A stretch of 63,577 bases of DNA, the filler included, from Octopus bimaculoides (lineage: Eukaryota), in the NCBI RefSeq assembly GCF_001194135.2. It is 9 parts of 8 records of this genome, joined end to end, with 100 filler letters (N's around TTAATTAATTAA, not from the genome) between each part and the next. Parts side by side here need not be neighbours in the genome. Positions count along the whole stretch, not along the records: positions 1 to 30,599 come from NC_068989.1; 8 more parts are not named here. One strand, 5' to 3'. Positions 11,536-23,965 of the stretch are shown here, in pieces. The position numbers and the translations under genes are program-made. Under the pieces are notes generated by a model. That model had not been told where the DNA came from, did no database searches, and saw nothing but the letters and a program-made list of their open reading frames with translations. The number at the start of each line of letters is the position of its first letter. Position 1 is the stretch's first letter.

Positions 11536-12102
11536 AATTACCAACTGCCCCCTTACATCGCTATCACTACGACCAACATCATCATCACTACGATGGTGAT
11601 TGGTATTGTTGCCTATTGGAACGATGTTCGTCGTCGCCTGCAGCAAGAGGGTTGTTGCTGTTGTTAGTCACCACCTTGTGAACGGCTACTACAAGGACAT
11701 ATACCATCAACGACTACTACCATGGCATTTAGCACCATCGACAACATCGATGTAAACCCGTGATTCTCAACCATTATCTGCCTATGGACCCCCTTTTTAT
11801 CCTTATTTTACTCGGGTGGACCCTCGTAGCCAATCGGTGTATTAAAAAAAAGAAATTCTATAATATATCTATAATAATTTGGGAAGCATTTATCTTATTA
11901 AAACATTTAGAAAGAAACAGGAAAGAAGAAAAATAAGAGAATAAAAATAAAAAAGTGGGGGTAAAGCAGCCGAAGATGGAAGGGTGGGGCGGTGGTCTAC
12001 ATATCCCAGAACAAGTAGGGTGCTCAGCAGTGCCTTTTATATTTATATTGTATTACATTTATGAAATTACGTTTTTAAAAAATTCTTAAAATATTTTGTG
12101 TA

Positions 12103-12564
12103 CAGTAATCCCTCGATAATCGCGCGTTACGTTCCAAAACCCCCTGCGATAAGTGAAAATCCACGAAGTAGAAACAGTACTGTATATCTTATTATTTTCA
12201 TAATTTGTATATATTTATTTTATTATAAATGCAAAGCAACACCACACTCGAGTTTCGTTTTCCGTACAGTATATGCGATTCATTGTTTACTTATCTACGG
12301 TACACTACGTATTTCCTTTAAATATATTTTAATTAATGTGTTATATAGTGCGGTACTGTATATATATTTGTTAATTTTTAGGCGTGAAAATGCTTATTTT
12401 ATCGCAGAAATAATTAAAATGTAAAAAAATATAAATACTTATCGGCCGCAGAAACCCGCGATATACTGAGGAGTCCGTGATATAAATTTACATATATTTG
12501 CCAGAAAAATCCGCGATGTACTGAGGGCGCGATAGGTGAACTGCGATGTGGCGAGTGATTATTG
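12103..12564. mobile_element. pogo/Tigger-type MITE
   Basis: TA|CAGTAATCCCTCG...CGCG start; imperfect inverted end CGAGTGATTATTG; subterminal GCGATA(A/G)GTGAA motifs; AT-rich interior. Confidence 0.75.
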
Positions 12565-12878
12565 CATTGTAGAAGTACAACTAATATATTTCATTACGTT
12601 TATCAATTTGTGTTGCAAGATACCTGATGTGAAATCGTGTGCTAAAACATGTATTTCAGAACGGACATTTTTTTGTTGCCAAATAAACACATGCACTATA
12701 TATTTGTTCTTCAATTGTGGATAATGGACATGAGTTAAAATAAGAATAATAATAAACGAGTGAAGAACAAATATATAGTGCGTGTGTGTTTATTTGGAAA
12801 AAAAAAAATAATGACCGTCCCGAAATACAATACAATATATTTCGCTTAAACTTTAACTACAAAATCTTAAATGGACGC

Positions 12879-13017
12879 CCAAGGGTCATCTGGACCAAGG
12901 GTCATCTGGACCAAGGGTCATCTGGACCAAGGGTCATCTGGACCAAGGGTCATCTGGACCAAGGGTCATCTGGACCAAGGGTCATCTGGACCAAGGGTCA
13001 TCTGGACCAAGGGTCAT
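12879..13017 (+). repeat. Perfect 16-bp minisatellite (CCAAGGGTCATCTGGA) x about 8.7
   Basis: All copies are identical by direct reading. Confidence 0.95.
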
Positions 13018-13019
13018 GA

Positions 13020-13300
13020 GAATCATTAACGCAGACAATCACTTTTAACAGCACTGCCACCAACCTATAACCCCAGTGCGGACTCTACGTCACTAACAAC
13101 ACCATCATTTAGAAAACTGATACTATTAAGACAAGCACCGGACTAAAACGGGGTCACTGCCTATTCGGCTATCCAAATGGCAGGACCTACGTAGGCGCAC
13201 ATTTCTTTGACTGTATCCTTCTGAAGATGGGCCTTTGCGCCTGAAATAGTCAAAGGTTTCTCAACTTACCTCTCTGTGTTGTTAGAATCTTTCCTTGTTT
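13020..13300 (+). mobile_element. Penelope-like 3'/terminal region with a hammerhead-like motif at 13216-13256
   Basis: tcctt-CTGAAGA-t-gggc-ctttgc-gcct-GAAA-TAG-TC-aaagg. Confidence 0.5.
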
Positions 13301-13344
13301 CCTTTTTCGTTTATTATTCGACACGGAAGATCATTTTATGGTAT

Positions 13345-13615
13345 TGTTTATTTGCCAGCGTAAAGTAGCAGTCCTGCTTAGGACGAATGTTACTGCTATT
13401 TAACCCCAGGGGGAAAAAAATCTTCTCCAGCTAGCTAACAACGCACTAAATGCGTCTTTATATTTTCGAACAAGAGAGCTAGTGTCTCCATTCAGCTCAA
13501 AGCAATATCTGTGATTCAATGTTTGTATTTTTCCAAAGATTTTTTTTCCCCTGGGGCTAAATAGCAGTAACATTCATCCTAACCAGGGCTGTCACTTCAC
13601 GTTGGCAAATAAACA
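13345..13615. mobile_element. Foldback/MITE with about 78-bp imperfect terminal inverted repeats (13345-13422 and 13538-13615)
   Basis: TGTTTATTTGCCAGCGTAAAGT...CCCCAGGGGGAAAAAAATC aligns with the reverse complement of the right arm; TA dinucleotides lie 1 bp outside both ends. Confidence 0.8.
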
Positions 13616-13705
13616 TTACTCTAAAGTCCTGTTGCTGTATGTTTCTCATTCAGAAATCCAGGACTAATAGTTTCCCTATATATTTTATGGTGCATTTTCT
13701 TTATA

Positions 13706-13862
13706 TGGACATAGGCACAGGCGAGGCTATGTGGTAAGAAGTTTGCTTCCTAACCACATGGTTCCGGATCCAGTACCCCTGCGCAGTACCTTGGGCAAGT
13801 GCTTTCTTCTGTAACCTCAGCTGACCAAAGCCTCATGAATGTATTTGGTGGACGGAAACTGA

Positions 13863-13902
<40 letters not shown>

Positions 13903-15061
13903 NNNNNNNNNNNNNNNNNNNNNNNNNNNNNNNNNNNNNNNNNNNNNNNNNNNNNNNNNNNNNNNNNNNNNNNNNNNNNNNNNNNNNNNNNNNNNNNNNN
14001 NNNNNNNNNNNNNNNNNNNNNNNNNNNNNNNNNNNNNNNNNNNNNNNNNNNNNNNNNNNNNNNNNNNNNNNNNNNNNNNNNNNNNNNNNNNNNNNNNNNN
14101 NNNNNNNNNNNNNNNNNNNNNNNNNNNNNNNNNNNNNNNNNNNNNNNNNNNNNNNNNNNNNNNNNNNNNNNNNNNNNNNNNNNNNNNNNNNNNNNNNNNN
14201 NNNNNNNNNNNNNNNNNNNNNNNNNNNNNNNNNNNNNNNNNNNNNNNNNNNNNNNNNNNNNNNNNNNNNNNNNNNNNNNNNNNNNNNNNNNNNNNNNNNN
14301 NNNNNNNNNNNNNNNNNNNNNNNNNNNNNNNNNNNNNNNNNNNNNNNNNNNNNNNNNNNNNNNNNNNNNNNNNNNNNNNNNNNNNNNNNNNNNNNNNNNN
14401 NNNNNNNNNNNNNNNNNNNNNNNNNNNNNNNNNNNNNNNNNNNNNNNNNNNNNNNNNNNNNNNNNNNNNNNNNNNNNNNNNNNNNNNNNNNNNNNNNNNN
14501 NNNNNNNNNNNNNNNNNNNNNNNNNNNNNNNNNNNNNNNNNNNNNNNNNNNNNNNNNNNNNNNNNNNNNNNNNNNNNNNNNNNNNNNNNNNNNNNNNNNN
14601 NNNNNNNNNNNNNNNNNNNNNNNNNNNNNNNNNNNNNNNNNNNNNNNNNNNNNNNNNNNNNNNNNNNNNNNNNNNNNNNNNNNNNNNNNNNNNNNNNNNN
14701 NNNNNNNNNNNNNNNNNNNNNNNNNNNNNNNNNNNNNNNNNNNNNNNNNNNNNNNNNNNNNNNNNNNNNNNNNNNNNNNNNNNNNNCTAGTACTTAGTGG
14801 TTCGGCAAAAGAATCCGAAAGAATAAGTGACGGGAACATAAACGCACCAGCATCGGTTGTCAAGCAATGCTAGGACACACACACACACATATATATACGA
14901 CGGGCTTTTTTCAGTTTCCGTCTACTAAATCCACTCACAAGGCTTTGGTCGGCCCGAGGCTATAGTGGAAGACACTTGCCCAAGATGCCTCGCAGTGGGA
15001 CTGAACCCTGAACCATGTGGTCGGTAAGCAAGCTACTTACCACAAAGCCACTCCTGCGCCC

Positions 15062-15062
<1 letters not shown>
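13706..15062. mobile_element. Family A head (+, 13706-13900) and family A copy (-, 14788-15062) flanking an N gap
   Basis: Family A motifs. Confidence 0.8.
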
Positions 15063-15094
<32 letters not shown>

Positions 15095-15634
15095 TAAAAT
15101 GTGTGTGTGTGTATAAGTAAAAGAGCTTGGGTTGGATCAAAAAAGTACTCCATCCAGTAAGAGATATTATTTATTGTACACAACATGCAGTTACGAGCTA
15201 TCAATAGTTTCATGCATAGGAGATGTAGTCTTGGCAATCTCGTAACTATATACTGTGCACGTTAAGTAATGTGTGTGTCTTTGTGTCTGTGTTTTCCCCG
15301 CCACAGCTTGACAACCGGTGTTATTGTTTACGTCCCCGTAATTTAGCGTTTCAGCAGTAGAGGCCGATAGAATAATTAACAGGCTTAGAAAAAAAAACTA
15401 AATACCATTCGATTAAAATTCTCCAAATTAATACCCCAGCATGGCTGCAGTCCAATGACTGAAACAAGTAAAAGAATTTTTTTTAAATACATTTTATTCA
15501 TTCCGTTGATTTATTTCACACAGACATTGATCATAGCCTCGCCTATGTTCTAATTAGTTGTAGACCACCCAGAGCTAATAAAAGCCTCAATTAGATTAAT
15601 TAGGCTGTACTTTGTAAAGTTCTTCAATACCTTC

Positions 15635-15701
<67 letters not shown>

Positions 15702-16814
15702 GAGAATGGAATATTTGATGCCCCCTAGTGGTAAAATGTAAAACTATATTCTGTCACAGAGCCAAATGAATACTCTACAAAGACATACACACTATGCGTG
15801 CGTGTATAAATCTTTTACTCGTTTCAGTCTACGGCCATGCTGGAGCAGCGCCTGAAGAATTTTAGTCGAACGAATAGACCCCTGTACTTTATTATTTCTT
15901 GTAATACCTGATGNNNNNNNNNNNNNNNNNNNNNNNNNNNNNNNNNNNNNNNNNNNNNNNNNNNNNNNNNNNNNNNNNNNNNNNNNNNNNNNNNNNNNNN
16001 NNNNNNNNNNNNNNNNNNNNNNNNNNNNNNNNNNNNNNNNNNNNNNNNNNNNNNNNNNNNNNNNNNNNNNNNNNNTGTGTGTGTGTGTGTGTGTGAGGGA
16101 GAATGGAATATTTGATGCCCCCTAGTGGTAAAATGTAAAACTATATTCTGTCACAGAGCCAAATGAATACTCTACAAAGACATACACACTATGCGTGCGT
16201 GTATAAATCTTTTACTCGTTTCAGTCTACGGCCATGCTGGAGCAGCGCCTGAAGAATTTTAGTCGAACGCTTTGTAACCGGTGTTGGTTTGTTACTAGTC
16301 CTTTCAAAAAAATGTACTGGGGTCGATTCATTCGATTAAAAATTCTTCAAGGCGGTGTCCCAGCATGGCCGCAGTCTAATGACTGAAACCAGTAAATACG
16401 TCGGATATTGCAGCACTTGGTTCTCTGTACATGATAAAAAAAAACACAGGACGGTCACGGTTAGAGTGTCTTTGATCATAAGTCTGTTCAAGCAATGTTG
16501 ATTTGGGACTAAACAACACCAACGAACCATTTCATAAAACAGGCTATAATTTTAACCGTTCGTTCGTTTCGTGTTTGCCTCCATTTTGTTTTTATTTTGT
16601 TTCGTTTACATTTTTAATTTTATTTATTAATTTAATTTAGTAATTTAATTTTGTTTTTATTTATTTTGTCGCTAAATAAATTTCCATATCTGTTTTATTT
16701 AAATATTTATTTTAATCCAATATTTTAATTCATTTAAATATCAGTTCGAGTCAACTTGTCTATTTAGCTTCAGAAAAATTAACATATTTTAATCTGAACT
16801 CCAACCAATAACGC

Positions 16815-17370
16815 TAACACCACCGCCACTGCTGCTACTACTACCGCTACCACCACACCACATTTTTCACCACCACCACAACATTGACCGCGTGGCGGCT
16901 CGTACATAAAAGCAACCACTACCACCGCAGCTCCTACTACGAAAACAACCACACCTACTACTACTACAACACTACCATCTCAGCCACTACTAACCACTAA
17001 CTACTATCGCTAAAACATCGAAGCCACCACACAGTACTACTGCCATCACTATCGCCACAACTACAACCAAACTACAATCACTACTGTTCCTACTACTACA
17101 ACTGCAATACGAATAACACCGCTACTACTGCTATTATTACTACTACAGTACAAATTCCACAGCTATTACTACTACCACCACCACCACTATTATTATTACT
17201 ACTACTACTACCACCACCACCACCATTATTACTACTACTATTGCCATTACCACTACTACTATTACCACCACCACCACCATCACCACTACTACCATTACTA
17301 CCACCACCACTACTACCACCACTACTACCACTACTACTACTCTTACCACCACCACCACTGCTATTATTGC
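16815..17370. repeat. Degenerate (ACT/ACC)n trinucleotide tract
   Basis: Direct reading; source of the poly-Val ORF. Confidence 0.9.
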
Positions 17371-17604
17371 AACAAGTCTAATAACAAGAAGGCTGTTTCC
17401 GTATTTAATTCGTTTGCTGACGTCACCGCAACCAGAAAGCTTCTTAGTGGTTGTTCAAACTGCCAGAAATAGCAGCCAAACCTCCTTCATATCACGTCGT
17501 AGTGTTTGTTTTGCAAGCAGAGCGGTCCCTAACCATCTTTGCACCTCGAATCGGTTTCAGACAGGACAAATTTTTTTTCCACGGACCGGGGGATCATGCG
17601 CAAA

Positions 17605-17915
17605 ACTGGGAGTCCGTCGGTTAAGTCGACGATAGTTCTAGTTGATCCGATCAACAAAACAGCCTACTCGTGATATTAACTGAGGTTGAGTATTCCACAG
17701 ACACGTGTACCCTTAACGTTATTCTCAGGGAGATTCAGAATGTGACAAGGCTGGCCCTTTGGGTGACATGTACAACTCATTTCTGCCAGCTTAGTTGAAC
17801 TGGAGCGATTTGGAATAAAGTGTCTTGCTCAAGGACCCAACGCGCCCCCAGGAATCGAGCCTACGACCTTACGATCGCGAGCAGAATACCCCTAACCACT
17901 AAGCCACGCGCCTTC
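17605..17915 (-). mobile_element. SINE with family B tail but a different head/central domain (family B2)
   Basis: tRNA head + GTCCTTGAGCAAGACACTTTATTCC central segment + family B 3' tail (AAAGGGCCAGCCTTGTCACA...CGACGGACTCC). Confidence 0.75.
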
Positions 17916-17940
17916 ACTATTAACAAAACAAAACACAAAT

Positions 17941-18190
17941 TGCGGCCCGATATCAAATGATCTGTGCGGCCCGTTACCATATGATCTTGCGGCCCGTTAC
18001 CATATGATCTTGCGGCCCGTTACCATATGATCTTGCGGTCCGTTACCATATGATCGTGCGGCCCGTTACCAAATGATCTGTGCGGCCCATTACCATATAT
18101 GTGCAGCCCGTTACCAAATGATCTGTGCGGCCCGTTACCAAATGATCTGTGCGGCCCGTTACCAAACGATTTGTGTGGCCCGATACGAGT
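17941..18190 (+). repeat. 23-24-bp minisatellite TGCGGCCCGTTACCA(T/A)ATGATCT(G) x about 11
   Basis: Direct reading; runs into the hAT 3' terminus. Confidence 0.9.
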
Positions 18191-18584
18191 CCGCGGCCTG
18201 ATGATTAGGAACCCCTGTTGTATAAAACCACCTTGGATAATGTAGCCCTGAAGCCACTACACATATAGCTGAAAGACGGGATGGCCACGATTGGAATGTT
18301 CTCGATTGTAAGCTTGTTCGATGAATGTTGACTTGCATCTAAGCAAGAAAAACAACGACCACCACCAATGATGGAGCGTCAATGTGATAGATCGATCTGC
18401 TAAAAGCAGCAGTCAAATTTTCCTCGAACCACATCACCCAATGTTTTACGGAAAGAGGGACATGTTGGATTATGGGGTTCAAAATATAGGAAGCAAGATG
18501 GCTAGGTCACGGCCGGAAGGGAGCTTGGTTATAGCTGGCCTGCGGTTAAACCCCAACAGCAAGATAATCAACAAACATAACTAT

Positions 18585-18918
18585 GCCATGACGTCACTAA
18601 TAAACATCATCATCACTACCCTCAGCATCATCATCATCATCACCATCAACATTGTCATCTGCATCACCATCAGCAGCAGCAGCAGCATCATCACTATCAC
18701 CATAATCACCATCACCCTCAAAGCCAGCTTCAGCGTCGGGGTCATCGCCATGGTCACCACCACCACCACCACCACCACCACCGTCGCCATCACCTCCGCC
18801 ACCTTCAACATCATCAATGACTTTATACTTTATTTATTCATCCAGCTACAATCTCCAATTGATGCCGGCGTGTGTGTGTATATATATATATATGTGTGTG
18901 TGTGTATATATGTGTGTG

Positions 18919-18949
<31 letters not shown>

Positions 18950-18989
18950 TCACATATATATACGCATATATGTATATATATATATACAA

Positions 18990-19068
<79 letters not shown>

Positions 19069-19135
19069 CATATATATAGATATATATATACATATATATA
19101 GATACACGCACGCACGCACGCACGCGCGCACGCGC
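18585..19135. repeat. (CAT/CAC)n tract followed by a (TG)/(TA) compound microsatellite
   Basis: Direct reading. Confidence 0.9.
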
Positions 19136-19510
19136 CAGACCAGGCCAAACCAAATCAAATTTCGATGTTTACACACAATTTTCAGTTTCCCAAAGTTTTA
19201 TTTGCTATTTATTTTCATTATACATACTTACATATACACACACACACATACAGTCCTTTATGTTTGTCTGTGTACGTGTTTTTTGTTTTAGTTCGTTCTT
19301 TTTCTTAATTATTCATCTTATGTTTTTTTTTGTTTGTTTATCTTAGAAAGTGTTTGTTTTTTATTTGTTTTATACCAATTCATTATTGATAATTAAATTT
19401 CCTTCTTTTATGCTGATGTTCTTAAGTTTGTGTGTGTGGTAACTTGCGACCTGTAATTGAGGATGTTCTTATCTGTGACAGTATCTTTACTAATTGGGCG
19501 AGTTTCTCTC

Positions 19511-19577
<67 letters not shown>

Positions 19578-20444
19578 NNNNNNNNNNNNNNNNNNNNNNN
19601 NNNNNNNNNNNNNNNNNNNNNNNNNNNNNNNNNNNNNNNNNNNNNNNNNNNNNNNNNNNNNNNNNNNNNNNNNNNNNNNNNNNNNNNNNNNNNNNNNNNN
19701 NNNNNNNNNNNNNNNNNNNNNNNNNNNNNNNNNNNNNNNNNNNNNNNNNNNNNNNNNNNNNNNNNNNNNNNNNNNNNNNNNNNNNNNNNNNNNNNNNNNN
19801 NNNNNNNNNNNNNNNNNNNNNNNNNNNNNNNNNNNNNNNNNNNNNNNNNNNNNNNNNNNNNNNNNNNNNNNNNNNNNNNNTCACTCCTCTCAAGGTTTAC
19901 CCTACTTTACATGCAAAGTATTTTTCAAGTTGCCATTTCGATAATCGCATTTGTTATTATTTATGTATAAAGGAACTTTGAGCGGAGGAGGCTTGGGCGG
20001 CGGTGTGTTTACGTTTGAAGAAAGTTCGGGGGTGGTTGGCAGGTGGGAGAGGCTGTAGAATGGCGAATTAAATGTGCTTCAACATTAGCTTTCATCATTC
20101 CGTCTTCCGAAGATCAGATCCCGCCAACGTCCATTGTACATCTTATCCTCGAGGGACAATAAAATATAGTATGGCTATTACTTCGACTAATAACTTGGAA
20201 GCATGATTTCACTGTTCTTGTTGTTGAGCTCCATGCCATCCTTGATCGAGTAGAATGAGGCGATAGGACGCTGCTGTTTCGGCATCGATGATTTTGGCGT
20301 GGCTACCTCAACATTCATTCTATCTGGGTGATAGCACTTTTTCGCACTTTAGGCAAACATACTACACGCCTACGCACGAATGCACATACGCGCAGAAATG
20401 TGCAAACACAGATAGTAAGGAAGAAGGGGGAAAGAGAGAGCGAT

Positions 20445-20700
20445 AGACATTACAAATTAATAATTGAACACAATTAACAAACTTTCCTTCGCCTCCGACA
20501 CATAAAAAGAAATACTCCCACGTACATAAACACAGAGAGAGAAAGATTACAATTTATTAATTGAACACTATTGAGATAAACACTTACCCTCTCCTCACAC
20601 ACATACATAGAGAGAGGGGGAGGAAGAGACAGACATTACAACTTATTAATTGAATGTGACTGACAAACGCTTCCTTCTTTTCAAATACATAAGAGAAGAA
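20445..20700 (+). repeat. Degenerate tandem repeat, about 87-99 bp period, core AGA(C)ATTACAANTTA(T)TAATTGAA x3
   Basis: Core at 20445, 20544 and 20631. The segment GACTGA(C/G)AAACGCTTCCTTCT recurs at 21524, beyond a SINE insertion. Confidence 0.55.
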
Positions 20701-21043
20701 TGTTTACACAAATGGAGAGAGNNNNNNNNNNNNNNNNNNNNNNNNNNNNNNNNNNNNNNNNNNNNNNNNNNNNNNNNNNNNNNNNNNNNNNNNNNNNNNN
20801 NNNNNNNNNNNNNNNNNNNNNNNNNNNNNNNNNNNNNNNNNNNNNNNNNNNNNNNNNNNNNNNNNNNNNNNNNNNNNNNNNNNNNNNNNNNNNNNNNNNN
20901 NNNNNNNNNNNNNNNNNNNNNNNNNNNNNNNNNNNNNNNNNNNNNNNNNNNNNNNNNNNNNNNNNNNNNNNNNNNNNNNNNNNNNNNNNNNNNNNNNNNN
21001 NNNNNNNNNNNNNNNNNNNNNNNNNNNNNNNNNNNNNNNNNNN

Positions 21044-21185
21044 GGTTCCAGGTTCAGTCCCACTGCGTGACAATTTTGGGCAAGTGTTTTCTACTATAGC
21101 CTCGGGCCGACCAAGGCCGTGTGAGTGGATTTGGTAGGCGGAAACTAAAAGAAGCCTATCGTATATATATATATATATATATGTG

Positions 21186-21230
<45 letters not shown>

Positions 21231-21233
21231 ATA

Positions 21234-21264
<31 letters not shown>

Positions 21265-21515
21265 CTGTCTGTGTGTGTGTACGCGCGCATGTCTTTGTGT
21301 CTGTGGTTGTCCCCCACCACCGTCTGACAACTAGTGTTGGTGCGTTTACGTTTCCGAAACTGAGCAGTCCGGCAAAAGAGACCGTAAGAATAACTACCAG
21401 GCTTAGAAAAAGAAAGAATGAGTACTGGGGGTCGATTTGCTCGACTAAAATTCTCCAAGGCGTTGCCCCAGCATGGCCGCAGTCTAATTTACTGAAATAA
21501 GTGAAGGATAAAAGA
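21044..21515 (+). mobile_element. SINE family A with internal (TA)/(TG) expansion
   Basis: B-box GGTTCAGTCCC, CORE-like segment and 3' body. Confidence 0.9.
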
Positions 21516-21877
21516 TAAAACACGACTGAGAAACGCTTCCTTCTCTTCAAACGCGTAAAGAGAAATATACCCACATATATAAACAGAGGAGACAGACAGA
21601 CGGACGGATGGGCGGGCGGACAGACAGACAGACATTGATGCAGGATGTGTCGAAACGATCGTTGTGAGCAATTAAGTTATCCGTGTATTCCATTTTCCGT
21701 CTCTGTTATTTGTTTTATACTCAACATACACAGAGAAATCCCTGGGGTAGATCCAGCTTCAATTGTGTAATTATCGTCGATGATACCAGGTAGCTATAGG
21801 CAGTGAACGTTCTTTATCTGCATACTTCTAGGAACATACCCATCGCTTAAATATATGTATGTATGTATGTATTTTAG

Positions 21878-22301
21878 AATTAAGGGTATCTGAGAGATAC
21901 CACCATGCATGAAATAGCAGTCAAAACCAGACTCTAAAGCCGCATCAGGTTTTGACTGCTGTTTCAAGCATGCTGGAATCTCTTAGATACCCTTAATTAT
22001 AATTTTAATAATAATTATTACCTATGACTCTAAAGCCACATCAGGTTTTGACTGCTGTTTCAAGCATGCTGGTATTTCTTAGATACCCTTAATTATAATT
22101 ATTACCTATGACTCTAAAGCCACATCAGGTTTTGACTGCTGTTTCAAGCATGCTGGTATCTCTTAGATACCCTTAATTATAATTTTAATAATAATTATTA
22201 CCTATGACTCTAAAGCCACATCAGGTTTTGACTGCTGTTTCAAGCATGCTGGTATCTCTTAGATACCTTTAATTATAATTTTAATAATAATTATCACCTA
22301 T
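21878..22301. repeat. 51-bp inverted-arm hairpin (21878-21928 / 21948-21998) whose right half is tandemly amplified: units of 96, 84, 96 and 96 bp (21930-22301)
   Basis: The left arm matches the reverse complement of the right arm at 46/51; units start GACTCTAAAGCC at 21930, 22026, 22110 and 22206. Confidence 0.9.
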
Positions 22302-23304
22302 AATGTTTTTCTTCCCATGCTGGCCTCTTGATATGATCGTTATTTTAAATAATGGTCTTATCCTTATTTATATAAAAGATATATGTACTTATATGTGTGT
22401 GTGTGTGTGTGTGTTCTTTTATACGTATATAGGGTCCTAAGGATTAGGTCCGATTCTTGGGCTATATGCGGTTTTACCATTCGTTTATGGCATGATCTTA
22501 CACTTGCAAGGCTTAAGCTTTGGGACGAGTATATATACATACAAGTGGATGTAAATGTATGTCTGTGTGTTTGTGTGTCGTCGGTAGTTCATACAAGTAT
22601 GTTTACAAGTATTATGTGATATGTAAATACTTCATTGTATATAATATATCATATACACCCATAAATATGTATACACACATAAATACACACACATACAATG
22701 TCAAAGTGACAACACAGACGGATGGATAAATATAGACATGAATTCTTCAACGAGTCAACAAGCACAGACAGACAGACAGAGAGACAGACGAAGAGATAAA
22801 TATAGACATCACTTTCTTAATGAGACAGCAGACAGACAGACTTACAGGCAAGATAGATAAATAGATAAATAGATAAATATCTCCCAACTGATTGGTATTA
22901 ATGACTATTGACTAGAAATGGAATAACATATAATGGACTAATACAATTCATAGAGATTCAAGGTTTGATATTTCGCAAATTACCGAGGTAAAGGATGATG
23001 AATGTTACTCTCGCGAGATTTTGATATTGTACGTTGTTTATTATAATTGGTTGATTCCAGCAAGAGCTATGTACATAAACACACGCGTAGATTGATAGTC
23101 GGCGTGTGTGTGTGTGAGAGAGGGTTTTATATATAACTATGTTATGTGTCTGTGTATAAATTTGTGTGTATATATAATAAAATATATATATGCATGTTAA
23201 TGGATGTATATATGTATGTGTCTGTATTTCATATATATATGTATGCATATGTGCATGTATAAATACATGTGTGTGTATATATATGTATATATATATATAT
23301 ATAA

Positions 23305-23484
23305 CGCTTTTATTTGTTTCTCATTTGACTGCACCTACTTTAGTCGAACAAATGGACCCCAAGACATATTCTTTGCAAGGCTAGTATTTATTCTATAGTT
23401 CTCTTTTGTCGAACCGCTAATTTACGCGTAACCAAACTAGCATCGGTTGTCTAGCGATGGTGGGAGGACAAACACAGACACACA

Positions 23485-23527
<43 letters not shown>

Positions 23528-23650
23528 CGAGCTTCTTTCAGTTTCGTCTACCAAACCCACTCACATGGCTGGCTTTGGTCGGCCCAAGGTGCCACGCAGT
23601 GGGACTGAACCCGGAACCATGTGGTTGGTAAGCAAGCTTCTTACCATGTC
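23305..23650 (-). mobile_element. SINE family A (internally deleted)
   Basis: Family A motifs. Confidence 0.8.
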
Positions 23651-23965
23651 TGCGCTGTGTATATATATATATACACACACATATCTTTAATATATAGGTC
23701 TTTAATAGACCTGGTTAATTAGCTAAGACTTGTTTGGAATCTTTTACTTTCATCTCTAAATGAATTCAAATGATTTGCCAGTCTCCTCTTGAAAATTAAT
23801 TATGTCCCACCGATGTAAAAATATCCATTACGCTCAGGCGTAACTTTACATCTATATATGACATTTTTAGTCTTACACTTATTTTCCATATAAAAGGATT
23901 CCCGTTTAAAACAATTGCAAAGATAATTTTTCTTATATTTCTCTCAGATTTACTTTTAATTTGAT

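Larger units (their letters stand above)
17520..18217 (+). mobile_element. hAT-Charlie (MER1-like) MITE carrying an inserted SINE and an expanded subterminal minisatellite
   Basis: The 5' end (G)AGCGGTCCCTAACC...ACAAATTTTTTTTCCACGGACCGGGG resembles the MER1 5' end; the 3' end is ...GATTAGGAACCCCTG. No matching 8-bp TSD is visible. Confidence 0.7.

Noticed and set aside
15697-16268. Identical about 175-bp segments either side of the gap at 15914-16075
   Set aside because: 100% identity across a short gap next to (TG)n suggests an unmerged contig overlap or haplotype artefact.
12879-22301. Regular arrays (16, 23-24 and 96 bp) as possible CRISPR
   Set aside because: No unique spacers, eukaryotic context and no cas genes.
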